Source: Octopus bimaculoides (Eukaryota). Taken from it: a DNA stretch of 63,717 bases. The stretch spans positions 47,423,627 through 47,487,343 of the forward strand of contig NC_068997.1 of the NCBI RefSeq assembly GCF_001194135.2, given 5' to 3'. The notes under the pieces were generated by a model. The model searched no databases, was not told where the DNA came from, and saw nothing but the letters and a program-made list of their open reading frames with translations. Made by a program: the position numbers and the translations under genes. This document shows positions 11,614 to 24,899 of the stretch, piece after piece (the stretch's first letter is position 1; each line of letters opens with the position of its first letter).

Positions 11614-13207
11614 CATATGGTGGTGGGGGTGGGGTGGAATTAGAGGACATTGTCCAGTGTCAAGCTTTTAATAAGTTTCTAAAACATTTAGCTACGTAAC
11701 ATAGAGAAATTTTGCTTGAGATATTTGCATGGGCCCTGTTTCATTCTTAACTAATGCATTTATTTGGGTTGCGAATTTTGGTGATATCAGTTGCTTTTAA
11801 TAGTCATTCGTTAAAAATGTTGTCATATGTTGGAAATGCGTAATAACATCTATCCATTTTGTAAGAATAAGCTACAGAGGTAACCGCCCCATTGTTACTG
11901 ATGATGCTTTGCACGTTCCCAGTTCAGTTTCCCTTAACTATATAGCAACTACTATTTCAAAATATATTAACTAATGAATTCTAATGGGCGTAATCAAGTG
12001 GAAGACATTCTTGAGGTTAAGGGAGGGAATGACTTGGTTTAACATGGAATATATGTTGATTAACACGAAAATAATTTGAATAAACAAAGGGATAGACGAT
12101 GGGTTGTGGCTGTGAATTCACGTGATGAGTTTTGCGTCCTTGTTTCTTTGATATTGTAGTTGTGTTTATATTTAACTGGTCTTTTGAAATGTCTGTTATT
12201 TTTCGATTCGTTGGGTCGGTTATTGAGACTTTTCGTAAATCTGAAATTCCCCTCTACGGTTATTTCCGGACATTTAGAAACTAAATATACCCAACGCGTT
12301 TCAATTTCTAGTCGACGCCGTGCTTTATTTTTGCTTATTTGCCGAATTAGCTGACGTCATCTAATTAAAAGAAAATTCTTGTATGTGAGGTTGGACTGCC
12401 CAGGTTTCTATGTTCTTTGTTATCAGTTGCCAAAGACGGGAGAATTTGTTATTTAATGGCTATCAATTTTGACTTTGAATCATTCTTGAAAGTTAGTACT
12501 GAGAGGAAAGTCCACTGGGACTTGATGTCTCATAGTCTTTCTTTCTTTCTTGCTTGCTTTATTTCTTTCTCCCCCCTCTCATGTGTACATGCGTGAGGGT
12601 GGGTCGTATATGGGTGTATGTATAAAAGAAGTTGCTTAATTTGTTGATTTACTTTCTAAATGAAAAGTGCGTCATTACTAAATTTTTGTACCAGAGAAAA
12701 CGCGACCTGTTTCCATTTTCTGCACTTCTCACCAACAGAAACATTTTCTACTCATATGACCTAAAATTAACATCATTCAATTGCCACTATGAATGATATG
12801 GAATAAAATGGTTAAAATATTCTTATGGCCTTGAAGGAATGACACATTCGACACCGTTGATATTTTATAGCTATATTTGGATGCCTTACAAGGCGGCTTG
12901 TTGGCAGAATCGTTAGCTAGCTCAGACAAACGCTTCGTTTTTTGTTTTTTTTTTGTTAAAAAACAACGACGCTTCGATTTCGTTAAAGCATCGTACAAAA
13001 TACCTGTAGCGATTAGTTACGTCCCATTGCGTTGTCATTTCAAATCTCGTCGAGATTAGCTCTGTTTTTCATGTGTTGCAGAATTGTTAAAGTAAAGTAA
13101 CTGGAGTTGATTTAGTATATCTGTAAAGTATATCTGCAGAAAAAAAAATTGTTAAAATATTTTGTGTATGGTATAAGTATAACCAGACGTAGGAGTAGCT
13201 GTGTGGT

Positions 13208-13540
13208 GGCGCAGGCATAGCTGAGTGGTAAGAAGCTTGCTTCCGAACAACATAGTTTCGGGTTCAGTCACACTGCATAGCACCTTGGGCAAGTGTCTTC
13301 TACTATAGCCACGGCCCGACCAAAGCCTTGTGAATGGGTTTGGTAGACGGAAACTGAAAGAAGCCCGTCGTATATATGCATATGTGTGTGTGTCTTTGTG
13401 TCTGTCTGCCCCCACATCACCGCTTGACAACCGGTACTAGTGTGTTTACGTCCCTGTAACTGAGCGGTTCAGCAAGAGGGACCGATAGAATAAGTACTAG
13501 GCTTAAAAAACAAGTCTTGGGGCCGATTTGCTCGACTAAA
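13208..13540 (+). mobile_element. SINE family B
   Basis: Head gcgcaggcatagctgagtggtaagaagcttgcttcc through ccgatttgctcgactaaa. Confidence 0.85.
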
Positions 13541-13547
13541 ATAAAAT

Positions 13548-13601
13548 CTTATATAGACCCCCACCACCAAGGGCCATATGGACCTCGGTTGAGAACCAGT
13601 G
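13548..13601 (-). mobile_element. hAT-type MITE terminal fragment, inverted relative to 6782
   Basis: Ends GGTTGAGAACCAGTG; near-identical to 6782-6832 in reverse complement. Confidence 0.6.
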
Positions 13602-13784
13602 ATCTTGTTGAATAGTTAGCCGTGACAGTCTTAAATGATGAACAGTTTTGTTGGATTCGATTGGATGAGAAAGGAAGTAGTAATGTTTGTTCTTTTTCTC
13701 GGGATGTTATCGGTTAACAGCCAATGTAAATAGAACTAGATGCTCCAGAAATCGAACTTCATTCATAGATTCGGTTTTGCTGAA

Positions 13785-13977
13785 AAGCGGCGAGCTAGCA
13801 GAAACGTCGGGTGAAATGCTTAGCGGTATTTCTTCTGTCTTTATGTTCTGAGTTCAAATTCCGCCAAGGTCGACATTACCTTTCGGGATCAATAAATTAA
13901 ATACCAGTTGCATACTAGGGTCGATCTAATCGACTGGCTCCCTCCCCAACAATTTTGGGCCTTGTGCCTAGAGTAGA
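13785..13977 (+). mobile_element. Full-length SINE family A
   Basis: 18-bp TSD agattcggttttgctgaa at 13767-13784 and 13978-13995. Confidence 0.92.
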
Positions 13978-14679
13978 AGATTCGGTTTTGCTGAATCATA
14001 TCTCTTACTATATGTTGCAGCAATAAAATAATACCACTCTAGAGTGGAACGATTTATGTTTCAATTTAATTTAGTAATTAGTCATTAGAATGTTACCGCC
14101 TAATCAAGTTAATTATCTCTATAATCATCTAAATGGGGAATAAAAATTAATGTAGTAAGCTAGACACCGATCTTCATCGATCTGGGTGTGATTAAAGATT
14201 AATAATTCTTTATGATTATTTAAAGAATTATATATTTTTAATTATTCTTTAAAAAATTGTAATTCCTCGAAGAATTAGAATTATCACTTTCGTGATTACC
14301 CCCTTTTTTTTTTTACAGTCGTCATTACAATCTTACCATTCATCCTTACCAGTTTAACAATATATCCTTCCATATAGCCATCACCGCTGTTATCATATTG
14401 CTTAACATTTTAACATTCAGATTATCAAATGTAATACTTATTTATTCACATTGTTTTGAATTTATTCTTGAAATAAAAGTCATTATCATCACTACCAAAA
14501 TTACAACTATCGCTGTCGCAATCAATATTTTTTCCTTAACAATCAAATTATTTTCATAACATTCCTAAACGATATTATGATCTTAGAGATCCTTATAGAA
14601 TTCTTTTTATTAATTACTAATTAATTATTTAATTACTAATATTGCTTCAAGTTTTGACATAAGGACAATAATTTTAAGA

Positions 14680-15410
14680 GGAGTGGGTTAGTCGATTTCA
14701 TCGACTTCAATACTTGACTGTTTTCACCTCAGTAATTAAATTATCAAGAATTATCATTAGCTATACATTCTGGCAGAATCGTTAGCACGCCGGGCGAAAT
14801 GCTTAGCGATATTTCGTCTGCCGTTACGTTCTGAGTTCAAATTCCGCCGAGGTCGACTTTGCCTTTCATTCTTTCATGGTCGATAAATTTAGTACCAGTC
14901 AAGTACTGGGGTCGATAAAATCGACTGCCCCCTCCTCACAAATTCCAGGCCTTGTGCCTGTGGTAGAAAAAGGACTATTAGCTACACGTTAAATTAATAC
15001 AAGACAGCGTGCTGGCAAAATCGTTGGCATGCCGGGCAAAATGCTTAACGGAATTTTATCCCGTTTTTACGTTCTGAGTTCAAATTCTGCCGTGGTCGAC
15101 TTTGCCTTTCATCTTTTCGGGATCGATAAAATGATATCCACCCATTACCTATTTTTCTATCTTCGATTGTATTGTTTACATAGATGGATTCATATAGGAA
15201 ACGCCGTAACTTACGGTGCTACCTCTGAATTCTATAGAGATACACATAAAAAGTTATATAGCTTATACATGTTTTAAGTACCAACTGAGCACCGGGCTCG
15301 TCGTAATCGACTAGCCCCACCCCGAAATTGCTGGTCTTGTGTCAAAATTTGAAGCCGATATTTTCTGTATTATAGGCACAAGGCCTGAAATTAGGGCGGA
15401 TGAAGGAGCA
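14680..15410 (+). mobile_element. Cluster of SINE family A copies and fragments
   Basis: Copies at about 14768-14970, 15008-15135 and 15275-15355, plus short minus-strand tail fragments. Confidence 0.75.
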
Positions 15411-15544
15411 AGTTAAAAAATCGTATTGAGTTTACTTATTCATTTAACTGCTTGACACGTAATTGCATTGTCATAATCCTCATATTTAATTGTGTTAATT
15501 ACATCAGTATAACCAGTAAACATTACTGTACTTATGTATTTTTT

Positions 15545-15800
15545 TGTTGGCACTCCGTCGCTTACGACGTCAAGGGTTCCAGTTGATCCGATCAATGGAA
15601 CAGCCTGCTCGTGAAATTAACGTGCAAGTGGCTGAACACTCCACAGACACGTGTACCCTTAACGTAGTTCTCGGGGATATTCAGCGTGACACAGTGTGAC
15701 AAAGCTGGCCCTTTGGATTACAGGCACAACAGAAACAGGAAGTAAGAGTGAGAGAAAGTTGTGGTGAAAGAATACAGCAGGTGTTCGGCACCATCCCCTG
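15545..15800 (-). mobile_element. SINE family C, variant head
   Basis: Reverse complement of the gaatctccctgagaactacgttaagggtacacgtgtctgtggagtg...gatcggatcaactggaaccc body. Confidence 0.8.
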
Positions 15801-15849
15801 TAAAAACAGAAGAAATTACTATAAAGCATTTTCCCAACACTGCCACCCC

Positions 15850-16200
15850 CAATAATTGCTTCAAATTTTGGTATTATGCCAGCAGTTTTAGGGGAGGTTA
15901 ATCGACATTATCAATCTTAGTACTTAATCAACACTTTATTCTATTCACCCGAAAGGATGAAAGGTGGGATTTGAGCTCAGAAGATGAGCAGGAAGATAAG
16001 CCGCTAAACATTCTAACGAATCTGCTAGTTCGTCGTCTAATAATGATCTTTGATTTAGGCGCAATGCCAGCAGTTTTAAGGAGAGTTGATATCATTGACC
16101 CCGAAAGGATGAAACGTAAGGTTGACTTCAGTGGGATTTGAACTCAGAACCTTAAGAGCCAGAAAGAAAAAAACTAAAGTATTTCTTCAAACGTTCTTAC
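15850..16200 (-). mobile_element. Degenerate SINE family A copies
   Basis: cccgaaaggatgaaagg and tttgaactcagaac motifs occur twice. Confidence 0.65.
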
Positions 16201-16935
16201 AATTCCGCTTCTCGTCCTCTTTTATAATAACAATTTCTTTATTAACCACAACGGCTCAAAGAGAGAAAATAAAATAGTAAATTAGGGTTCCTTTTCATCT
16301 AATAGCGTCTACCAAGAGGCTACAGAAGTAATTTGGGTTAAAAAGTGGGCAGTAAGCAAAGAAAAAAAAAGGTTAAGAATCACTGGCTTAATGTATCTCA
16401 TATAAACTTAAAATTATCTATTTCCCCTCCCAGTTTCCCACCAGATTAAATATAAAAGATTAAAGAATTTATAGTTAAGAGATACAGATATATTTGGAGG
16501 ATGGAGACTAGAATTGTGGGATTACAGTAGAATGTGGTAATGAAGGGGGTCAGAAGATTAGAGATATCGAACTGAGAGGAAAGCAAAAACTGATAACATA
16601 CGGCAAGGAAAGTGGGCAGAGAGGATGAATATAGGAATAACCGGGAAAAGAAAGACATATATGCTGTTTTTTTTTCTTTTTTAATCCCAGGTCAGGTTTG
16701 AACGAGCAAAATTAGGATCAACAGTGTTTCAGACGTGAATGTGTGTGTGTGTGTGTGTATGCATGTATCTCCTCTAAGTTCCTTTATGTGAAACGTTTTT
16801 GAGTGCAGCCATAAAAGCTTCTATGCTATTTATTACGGCTACCGCTTATTATTCCCATCTTCCAGAGTAATTTTATGGGATGGTTATTAGCCTGGTGTCG
16901 CTAAACCGTAGGATGAATATAATATCTGTTTATCG

Positions 16936-17008
16936 ACCTCGACTATCGCGGGCGTTACGTTCCCAAACCCGCTGCAATAGGTGAAAATCCGCGAAGTAGA
17001 TTACTGTA
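16936..17008 (+). mobile_element. Deleted copy of the pogo/Tigger-like MITE
   Basis: cctcgactatcgcgggcgttacgttccc...aggtgaaaatccgcgaagtaga matches 61055-61130. Confidence 0.65.
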
Positions 17009-17094
17009 TATATATATATATATATATATAACGGTTTCCCCAGTACAGCCAAAACCCAAATTGGCTGGAACGAGTAAAACAGTAATAATAATAA

Positions 17095-17250
17095 TTTTTT
17101 CTCCTATAAACACAGGGCCAGAAATTTCTGGGGGAGGAGCTAGTCGATAACTATGACCCAGTATTCAACTGGAACTTGTCTTATCGATCCCGAAAGATGA
17201 AAGGCAAAGTCGACCTTGGAAGAATTTGAACTCAGAACGTTTCTGCCAGT
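17095..17250 (-). mobile_element. SINE family A
   Basis: Reverse complement of the family A core. Confidence 0.75.
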
Positions 17251-17928
17251 TTGCTGCCTTAATAAAAATATAAACGATAATTATGTGTGTGTGCGTGAGT
17301 GCTTGCGTATGTACGTACGTGCGTGTGTGTGTTTAAACTGGTGTTGGCCATAAGAAGATTAAAAAGGGTAAATTTAAAGATAAAAACTTCAGAATAGCAA
17401 ACGTAGGAAATACGATCAATAAGCTCATTACAAGATACGACAAGGAAGTGGGAGGATATTATTCACGAAACAGATAAAAGAACCGCAATTTATAAGAGCA
17501 AGAAGAGAGAGAGAGGTAGTAAGTAGGGAGGGGAAGCAGCGAGATGGTGTAGGGGACTTGACGCAACATATGTGCTTAAACAACTTTTTTTTTCTGACGG
17601 AAGTGAGAATGTGGTAGGGTTTTTTTTCCTATCGTAAGATACCGTGCTAATAGAAGTTTCTGCATTGAAAGAAGGTCAGTAAAGTTAACCATGTTTCAGA
17701 AAATGGAGAAATTGTTAAGTGTCATTTGTAACAGGCAATAAAAATATGATTTATGAGGCATTAGAAATGTGATATGATATGCTTACGGAGAATATAGGAA
17801 AGCGATAAGACGAGTGACTGAGAGAATGAACAAAAAATGCGCATAAAAGTGAAAAAATTAAAAACTGCTCCCGACTCAACAGGCAGATTGTATTAGCAGA
17901 TTACGTAATTGTTATACTAACTTATTGT

Positions 17929-18250
17929 GTGAAGGCGCGTGGCTTAATAGTTAGAGATATTCGGCTCACGATAGCAAGGCCGCGTGTTCGATTCCATATG
18001 ACGTGTTGTGTCTCTTGAGCAAGACGATTCATTTCAAGTTGTTTCCACTCAGCTGGTAAAAATGACTAATACCTGTATTTCAACGGGACCAGCCTTGTCA
18101 CATTGTGTGTCACGCTGAATCTCCCTGAGAACTACGTTAAGGGTACGAGTGTCTGTGGAGTGCTCAGTCACTTGCATGTTAATTTAACGAGCAAGCTGTT
18201 CCCTCGATCGGATCAACTGGAACCCTCATCGTCATAACCGACGGAGTGCC
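17929..18250 (+). mobile_element. Full-length tRNA-derived SINE family C
   Basis: A/B-box-like head gtgaaggcgcgtggcttaatag...gttcgattcc; tail accgacggagtgcca; flanked by atactaacttat / atactaatttat. Confidence 0.88.
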
Positions 18251-18598
18251 AGGTTCATACTAATTTATCATCTTTTTATTTAATGGTTTACTTAGAGGAA
18301 GGCATGCGACGCTCATGTCTCCCTTCATGTTTTCGAAGTCTAGTGGGAAGAAGGGTAGAAGTTACAATTAGCTTGAAAACCTGGTTCAAATACTTGCAAT
18401 AGAGTGTATTCTACTAAATATATCTAAGGGTGACGTGTTCAGTCTACGAACGTTCTTTCCAAGAGGATTCTACAGTGTTTCTGCCAACTCCATTTTATTG
18501 ACATGGCTCTGATCGATTAGAGGATATGAGGAAAGACAATTACCTATGTTGCCACATAGTGGAGTCGAACCAGAAAACTATGTTCTTTACAATGGAAG

Positions 18599-19167
18599 CA
18601 GGGTCGGATTAAAACTCAGAGAGACCCTAAACGCTTAAAAAATTTTGGTCCTCCGATAATTTATATATAATTCAAAACAAACTATAATAAAATGAAACAA
18701 AACTAACAGTAACATGGAAAATAATGTTTTATTTTGACACCATGCACATTTCGAAATTATATTTCCGATCATATAAACCACTTCGAATATTATTTTAGCA
18801 AGTTTAAGATGATTTCTTTTCTGCCATAAACCATTTTTGTGGTGTCCAAAAGCACGTGCTTATTTTGCTTAAATAAAAAAAAAAAAACTAGAGTAGCAGC
18901 TTCGAAACCGAATCGCTGGATACCGTGGTGAGATCACTGTTGTTTCACGTGACCGAACAGTCAGTATCAAGCCGTCATGTGATTCGATTTTCTGCAACCT
19001 TCTAATGACCGCAACTTCAGAATGTTTAGGCAGTTGCTGTAACGACTCCGTTCTAATTTTTCGTTCACCCGCCGTGCAAATAAACGCTACAGATTTTGCT
19101 GTCATGAATTTAGCGCGATTATTCTCCCATTTGTGATAGGCTAACCAGCTAATTTGTCGTAGGTCCC
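18599..19167 (+). mobile_element. Possible hAT-like non-autonomous element; right end lost in the gap
   Basis: Starts CAGGGTCGGATT, resembling CAGGGCCGGATT-type TIRs; the sequence ends ...ggtccc at the gap. Confidence 0.3.
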
Positions 19168-19215
19168 NNNNNNNNNNNNNNNNNNNNNNNNNNNNNNNNN
19201 NNNNNNNNNNNNNNN
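19168..19215. other. Assembly gap (N)
   Basis: N run. Confidence 1.
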
Positions 19216-19974
19216 GGTGTATATAAATTGTCGTTTTTTTTTTTTTTCATCCAAACACCAACACAGAAAACAACTATGTGCGGTAAATAAAGCTTCTGTT
19301 ACTTGTTCGTGAGTGTTGTTATTCAATTTCACACGCGACCCTGGAACGACATTTTCATTCTTCACCAACATCAATGCAACAAACGATTCTAGCATTCCTA
19401 GACATAACAACGCAGCAAACGGAACTAGCGTTCCTAGACACTGCACACGTCTTAGAGTACTTTTTAATACAATAGAAAACAGAAAAATCAAATACCATAT
19501 ACCCCAAGCACATAGATTTCATCGGTTGTGCAATGAAAGCATACAATGAAAATAAGACTACTGAAAACAAGAAACAATAACGATGATTGATGTTGTTCAT
19601 AATACTTCTCCGCTCAATACGATAGACACGCCTAGGCTTTAAATATTCTACTTTAAGAAATAATTACAGACTACACCCCCACCTATAAAACTTTTAACTG
19701 CAAATGATATGAAATACTTTTGACTTGAATTACTAGCGTTGCTAACATTGCACCTGATGTACTTTATTTTCGTCACCTCGTATTTCTCTAGGGTCCATAT
19801 GAACGTAGTAAATATTACATATCTTGTATTGTTTCTAAAGAAAAAAAAACCCAATAAGTTATCCTGGCTTTGCAATTATTTGCAAGTTCTTTGTATATTT
19901 TAATTCTACGCTCTATTCTATTCGTGAGAGCGAATTTGTGGCTAATGTATTGACGAGAGCGTAATCTACGATAG

Positions 19975-20335
19975 CTTCTTGTGATGGCAAACAACATATT
20001 TGTGATAGCATGTTTATGATAACTTATTTCTGATATGTCTATGTTTGCGTATTCATGAGAGCCTATATATGAACGTGTGTTTGAGGGCGTATCTTTGATA
20101 GCTTATTATTGGTAACGTGTTAATGCTAGTCTCTTTATGGTCGTCTATTTTGATAGTATATTTATTATGGTGTTGCTATGAAAGTGTTTATGATACCGTA
20201 TCTATGACAGCTTGTTTATGACTGTATAATTACAGCGTATTCATGATAACGAACCTTTGATAACCTAATTATAATAGCATATTCATGAGAGCATAGTTAT
20301 GATATCGTATTTATGACGACGTATCTATGATAATG
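19975..20335. repeat. Degenerate minisatellite, about 12-13 bp unit (atgatagcgtattt-like)
   Basis: Recurrent atgata/gcgtatt words at short regular spacing. Confidence 0.6.
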
Positions 20336-20344
20336 CAGTGGTTC

Positions 20345-21345
20345 TTAAACTAACAAATATCAACCTCATTCCTTTACTTGAAAAAAAACAAAACAAACTA
20401 ATTAACTAAGTTGTCAAAAACAACAGACAAAATAAAAACAAAAATGTAATTAAGTTGGCAATAACAAAAAGCAAAAAAACCCCTAAAAAACCCAATTAAC
20501 TAAGTAGTCAATAACAACAGGCAAAATAAAAAAAACAAAACGGATCTATTTTAAAACGGGGGTCACAGTTTTCATTAATGTTTTACGTAGTGTTTTTGGT
20601 ACCGAAAGACTTTCAAACTTCGTATACTTATCTATTTTGTGTTATAGAACAGAAAAATATTTTTGTATTCGAATTTATTTCATGTAAAAAATTGTCTTAT
20701 TTCGATAATTTCAACCAATCACTGACAAGTATTCAGTTGTTTACATTTACTCCTTTGGCTGATTAAGCGGTGTAAAGCGTATTTAATCTCCATAACTTCT
20801 GACATTTGCAGAGAGGCAATTTACTTTTTTCATTTTCTTTTTTTTTCTTCGTTTTATTTGATTTTTTTCTTTTTAAATTTGCTGTTTTACCCTAACCCTA
20901 ACCCTAACCTTAGTTTTACTGTTAGCCTATAATAGAAAGGTTTATTAGCTACTGCCAATATGCTTCAGCCATTTTTTGACAAGGAAATAATAATTTTATC
21001 ACCGATAGAATTGTTTCAGAATCGTTTGTTTATGTAGTCGGCACTTAATGTATATCGGCTGAATGGACGTCGGTGATTGGTTGAAATTACAGAAATACGA
21101 CAACTTTAACATGGAATAACTTAGGGATTTCTTTTTTTTTTTTAAGAAGACTAAGAGAAAAAGATGTTTTATATGACACATTCTACCAGTGTTCCAAGTT
21201 TCAAAGTGTTTCGTTAAGAAAATACTGTGGCCCCCGTTTTAAAAAAGATCCAACAAAACAATTAAGCTAACAATAACAATAGATGAAAAAACTAAAAAAA
21301 CCCAAAACAAACTAATTAACTAAGTTGACAATAACAATAGACATA
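20345..21345. repeat. A-rich minisatellite (about 55-60 bp unit, aattaactaagttgtcaataacaacagac...) split by the transposon at 20542-21251
   Basis: The unit recurs at about 20400, 20450, 20495, 21260 and 21315. Confidence 0.65.
20542..21251. mobile_element. 8-bp-TSD foldback DNA transposon with telomeric repeats, copy 2 (opposite orientation to copy 1)
   Basis: TIRs GGATCTATTTTAAAACGGGGGTCACA / TGTGGCCCCCGTTTTAAAAAAGATCC. Perfect TSD aacaaaac at 20534-20541 and 21252-21259. Arms are reverse complements of the copy 1 arms. (CCCTAA)3 at about 20890-20908. Confidence 0.9.
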
Positions 21346-21656
21346 GTGTCACCCAGTATTATCAAATCGACCAAGCTTACAGATTATCTAACATCAGTGA
21401 ATTAGACTTCTGTAATGATCTAACTATAGCAGGTTCAATTTATCCACCTTAACAGGTTAATTCAAGAATCTTATTTAGCATTAAAGACACAGGATTAGAT
21501 ATCGTTTGTGAGCAAAGTAAATCCCCCGGACGTATTTTGTATGTATATCATGCGATATCATAGTTATAATGACGTATCTAAAACAATGTTTAAAACAAGG
21601 AATCTGAAAGCCAACGAATAAGTCTATAAGATCGTTCAGCCTGCTAGATACAATTA

Positions 21657-21988
21657 CTCTTTTACTTGTTTCAGTCATTTGACTGCGGCCATTCTGGAGC
21701 ACCGCCTTTAGTCGAGCAAATCGACCCCAGGACTTATTCTTCGTAAGCCTAGTACTTATTCTATCGGTCCCTTTTGCCGAACCGCTAAGTGACGGGTATG
21801 TAAACACACCAGCATCGGTTGTCAAGCGATGTTGGGGGGACAGACACACAAACGCATGTACATACATATATACGACGGGCTTCTTTCAGTTTCTGTCTAC
21901 CAAATCCACTCACAAGGCTTTGGTCGGCCCGAGGCTATAGTAGAAGACACTTGCCCAAGGTGCCACGCAGTGGGACTGAACCCGGAAC
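21657..21988 (-). mobile_element. SINE family B, running into the gap
   Basis: Reverse complement of the family B body. Confidence 0.87.
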
Positions 21989-22038
21989 NNNNNNNNNNNN
22001 NNNNNNNNNNNNNNNNNNNNNNNNNNNNNNNNNNNNNN
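21989..22038. other. Assembly gap (N)
   Basis: N run. Confidence 1.
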
Positions 22039-22459
22039 GTATTAAAAAAAAAAAAGAAAGAGACACAATATCTAATGTTGTTCTGAATGCATTAAATCTA
22101 AATAATAGACAGGGAAGAACACAGCTGGAATGCTTTTGCCATAGATTTATTCAAACAGGGCTGACCTGCAGTTAAACAACAAGATGACACGATGTCCGTT
22201 GCATGATCGTAGACATAATTTCAAAGGCAGGAGCAGTTTTCTCAATTATTAAAGCAAACCTACTATTAGTCATCTAATATCTGGAAAACAAAATTAAACG
22301 AATACAAAGAACCTTGGGAATTTCGTACTTGGCTACGTATGTGTGTTAGGAAAACCATTTTAGATAAAATTAGTGTACCGAAGGTTCACTCATTTTAAAA
22401 TTGGAACTTTTTGCTTTAGTTTACCAGGTTATTTTGGTGATTTTTTTTCTTCATTTTAA

Positions 22460-22956
22460 CCCTTCGTGGGCCGGTGGGGTCTCTTGGAAACCCAGCAAAT
22501 TTTAAATATTTTGCAACCTTAACATTTTTTATTTAAATGGTTTTATATCTCATGACTTTTATTGTCAATAGGTTTTGTATGTACATACACATTTTAAGTA
22601 TGGATGTTATAGCATAAAATATGGTCATTGGGGTCCAACTGGACCCCATTGGCCTTATGTGAAATTATTTTTTTCTGTTCTTTTTTCAGATATTCTGATG
22701 AACTATAAGTCAATTTTCTTCGTATTTGTACTGGTATGAATTGACATACTAAATAATTTTGTTTTATTTTATATTTAGTGCTATATGTATAGTTTATAGA
22801 ACTATAAAAAAAATGTGTTAAATGTTTTGTTCTGTATCATGCACTCAGACATATATACAAGATTAAACAAATATTACTTTATGGATAGTGCAGAAATGCT
22901 CAAAAATAAAAAGTGACTCCATTTGTGTAATTCCAACGCCGCCGGCCTACGAAGGG
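22460..22956. mobile_element. piggyBac-type MITE
   Basis: TTAA TSD at 22456-22459 and 22957-22960; TIRs CCCTTCGTGGGCCGG / CCGGCCTACGAAGGG (14/15 match). Confidence 0.88.
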
Positions 22957-23089
22957 TTAATGAGTTATATTCCTTGTGAAGACATATTTGATGGTAGTCT
23001 CTTGTAGCCTGAGAAAGAGGCTTCTGCAATTTTCTTGCTGAACAATCTGCACGAATGACTGGTTTATATTGATTGAATGTATGTGCTGT

Positions 23090-23265
23090 ACATTAGCTCA
23101 CTCCCTCCAGCAAATCAATGTTTGCTAAACAGAGGCATGGTGTACCACACACCAGATGCTGAAGTGAGCACAGAGCAATGTGGGATGAAGTGTTTTGGTT
23201 AAGAACACAGCGCACCACTTGGTCAAGGAACTGAACCCACAATTTCGAGATTGTGAGTGCAACAC
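23090..23265 (-). mobile_element. Degenerate tRNA-headed SINE
   Basis: Reverse strand shows a tRNA-like head followed by tgtgttcttaaccaaaacacttcatcccacattgctctg, related to the family C/D heads. Confidence 0.5.
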
Positions 23266-23939
23266 TGACTATGTATATATACATACATGTATAAATGCAC
23301 ACATCAGATATAAACACACGCACACATCATACATACCGACATATATATATGCAAACAAACAAACATGCTGACATACGTATATTGGTATACTAACACTAAA
23401 GCAACATATTTTTAAAATAAGCTAATGACACACACACACACACACGTTTCTATGATTGTCTTGCATTTTAGTAATATGAAGTGTTTTATTCAAGAAAATA
23501 CAATGCACCACCCAGTCCAAGAATCGAAACCCTAACCACTAAGCCTGCACCTTGAACACGTATTTAAAAAAATACATATTTACGAAGTATCATGGCCCAG
23601 AATGTCATTATAGCCGAGAATCACATTGCACTCAAATCAAATTATCTTCCGCGTCACTGTATTTCCTATCTTTTCTGTCTGGATATTCCTGAATTATAAA
23701 CTTCATTTCTCTTTTAAAGCTATCTTTAAAAATCCCTTCTTGAGTCCATTTTCTCCTAAACGACGAATCTCTGAACCGCTATTATCTGTATCAGATTAAT
23801 ATTTATTCCCTCCTTACCTCGACCTTTCAGTCTTTCGCCTCTTACATTACCGGAATCTCACAGTTTTAGGAATTCAACATTTTCCGCCTATCTGATTTAA
23901 TATCTGACAGAATCCGGAAAGGCAGAAAGTCTCTTGCAA

Positions 23940-24115
23940 CAAATTACTTCACCATCATCTCCACCGACGCTTCCATCACAACATCCACTTTCGCAACCTC
24001 CTTCACCACACCCACAGCCGCCATCAATTTCATCTCCGCCGCCAACACCACCATCACGATCACAACATCCGTCGTCACAACCATCATCACCACAACCACA
24101 GCCACCACCTTATCA
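23940..24115. repeat. (ACC/ATC)n low-complexity tract
   Basis: Direct. Confidence 0.85.
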
Positions 24116-24644
24116 AAAAACTCAATGAATCATTTTCTTCCGGTTCACACACACACACACACACACACACACTTTCTCTCTCTTCTTCACATATATTCAC
24201 ACCAACGCATACATGTATAAACACACGCTCTCACACACAACACAGAATGATGTCATTGAATAGAAGTCTCTTGGTTTTTGCAACTGGTTCTGTCTCCGTA
24301 TGGTTATTCAGTTTGACCGCCAGTCTCTGACAAAGGCAGATGTGCAATACTTGCCTTTGCTAGTCTACACGTGTCAGTGAAGCACGTGCTTGCGTCCTGA
24401 TAACATAATCCGTGGATTAGTTATTTAAACTTGTATAACTAAGATCCTAAGATCCTATTTTATTATGCTAAATAGATTAAGTAGCATATATTTTACACCA
24501 TTCTCTCTCTGATTCACACACACTTACACACGCGGAAACACTCACACATACCCCCCCCCCGCACGCACACACACACACTCACTCACTCACTTACTAACTC
24601 ACTCACTCACTCACACACACTCACACAAACACGCGCACACACAA

Positions 24645-24895
24645 TTATTAGTGTCTTAAACTGGAGGAACGTGCTGCGTCCGTGGACTTCGCAAACACCT
24701 GGAGATCATCGATGCAGTTGATGTCCCTCTTGAAAAGTTGTAAGTTCATAGTAGAAAGAACATAGTCAGCGAGGGCATTCCAGAGAACAGTCGTTCTGGT
24801 TGTAGTGGTTAATGAAGGGTAGACACAATAGGAGTGTTGAGAGATGAGTGAGCCAGAGACCAGCCAATCTGAGGTGTCTAGGTTACTTTTGTATC
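24645..24895 (-). mobile_element. CR1/L2-like LINE 3' terminal remnant
   Basis: RTTVLWNALADYVLSTMNLQLFKRDIN resembles the CR1/L2 C-terminal RxxxxWNxLPxxv....xLxxFKxxL motif. Confidence 0.55.
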
Positions 24896-24899
24896 GATG

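Noticed and set aside
12119-12360. CRE (TGACGTCA) and E-box (CACGTG) as a promoter
   Set aside because: Isolated short motifs with no associated gene or transcript evidence.
6782-13601. Single 6.8-kb composite hAT transposon bounded by the inverted CAGTGGTTCTCAACC ends
   Set aside because: The flanking 8-mers differ (atgtggaa vs atcttgtt), so there is no TSD. Both ends look like the same terminus of two separate MITE fragments.
17929-18000. tRNA genes at SINE heads (also about 6881, 31371, 53858, 58150)
   Set aside because: The A/B-box-like heads continue into SINE bodies and lack a complete cloverleaf; they are tRNA-derived, not tRNAs.
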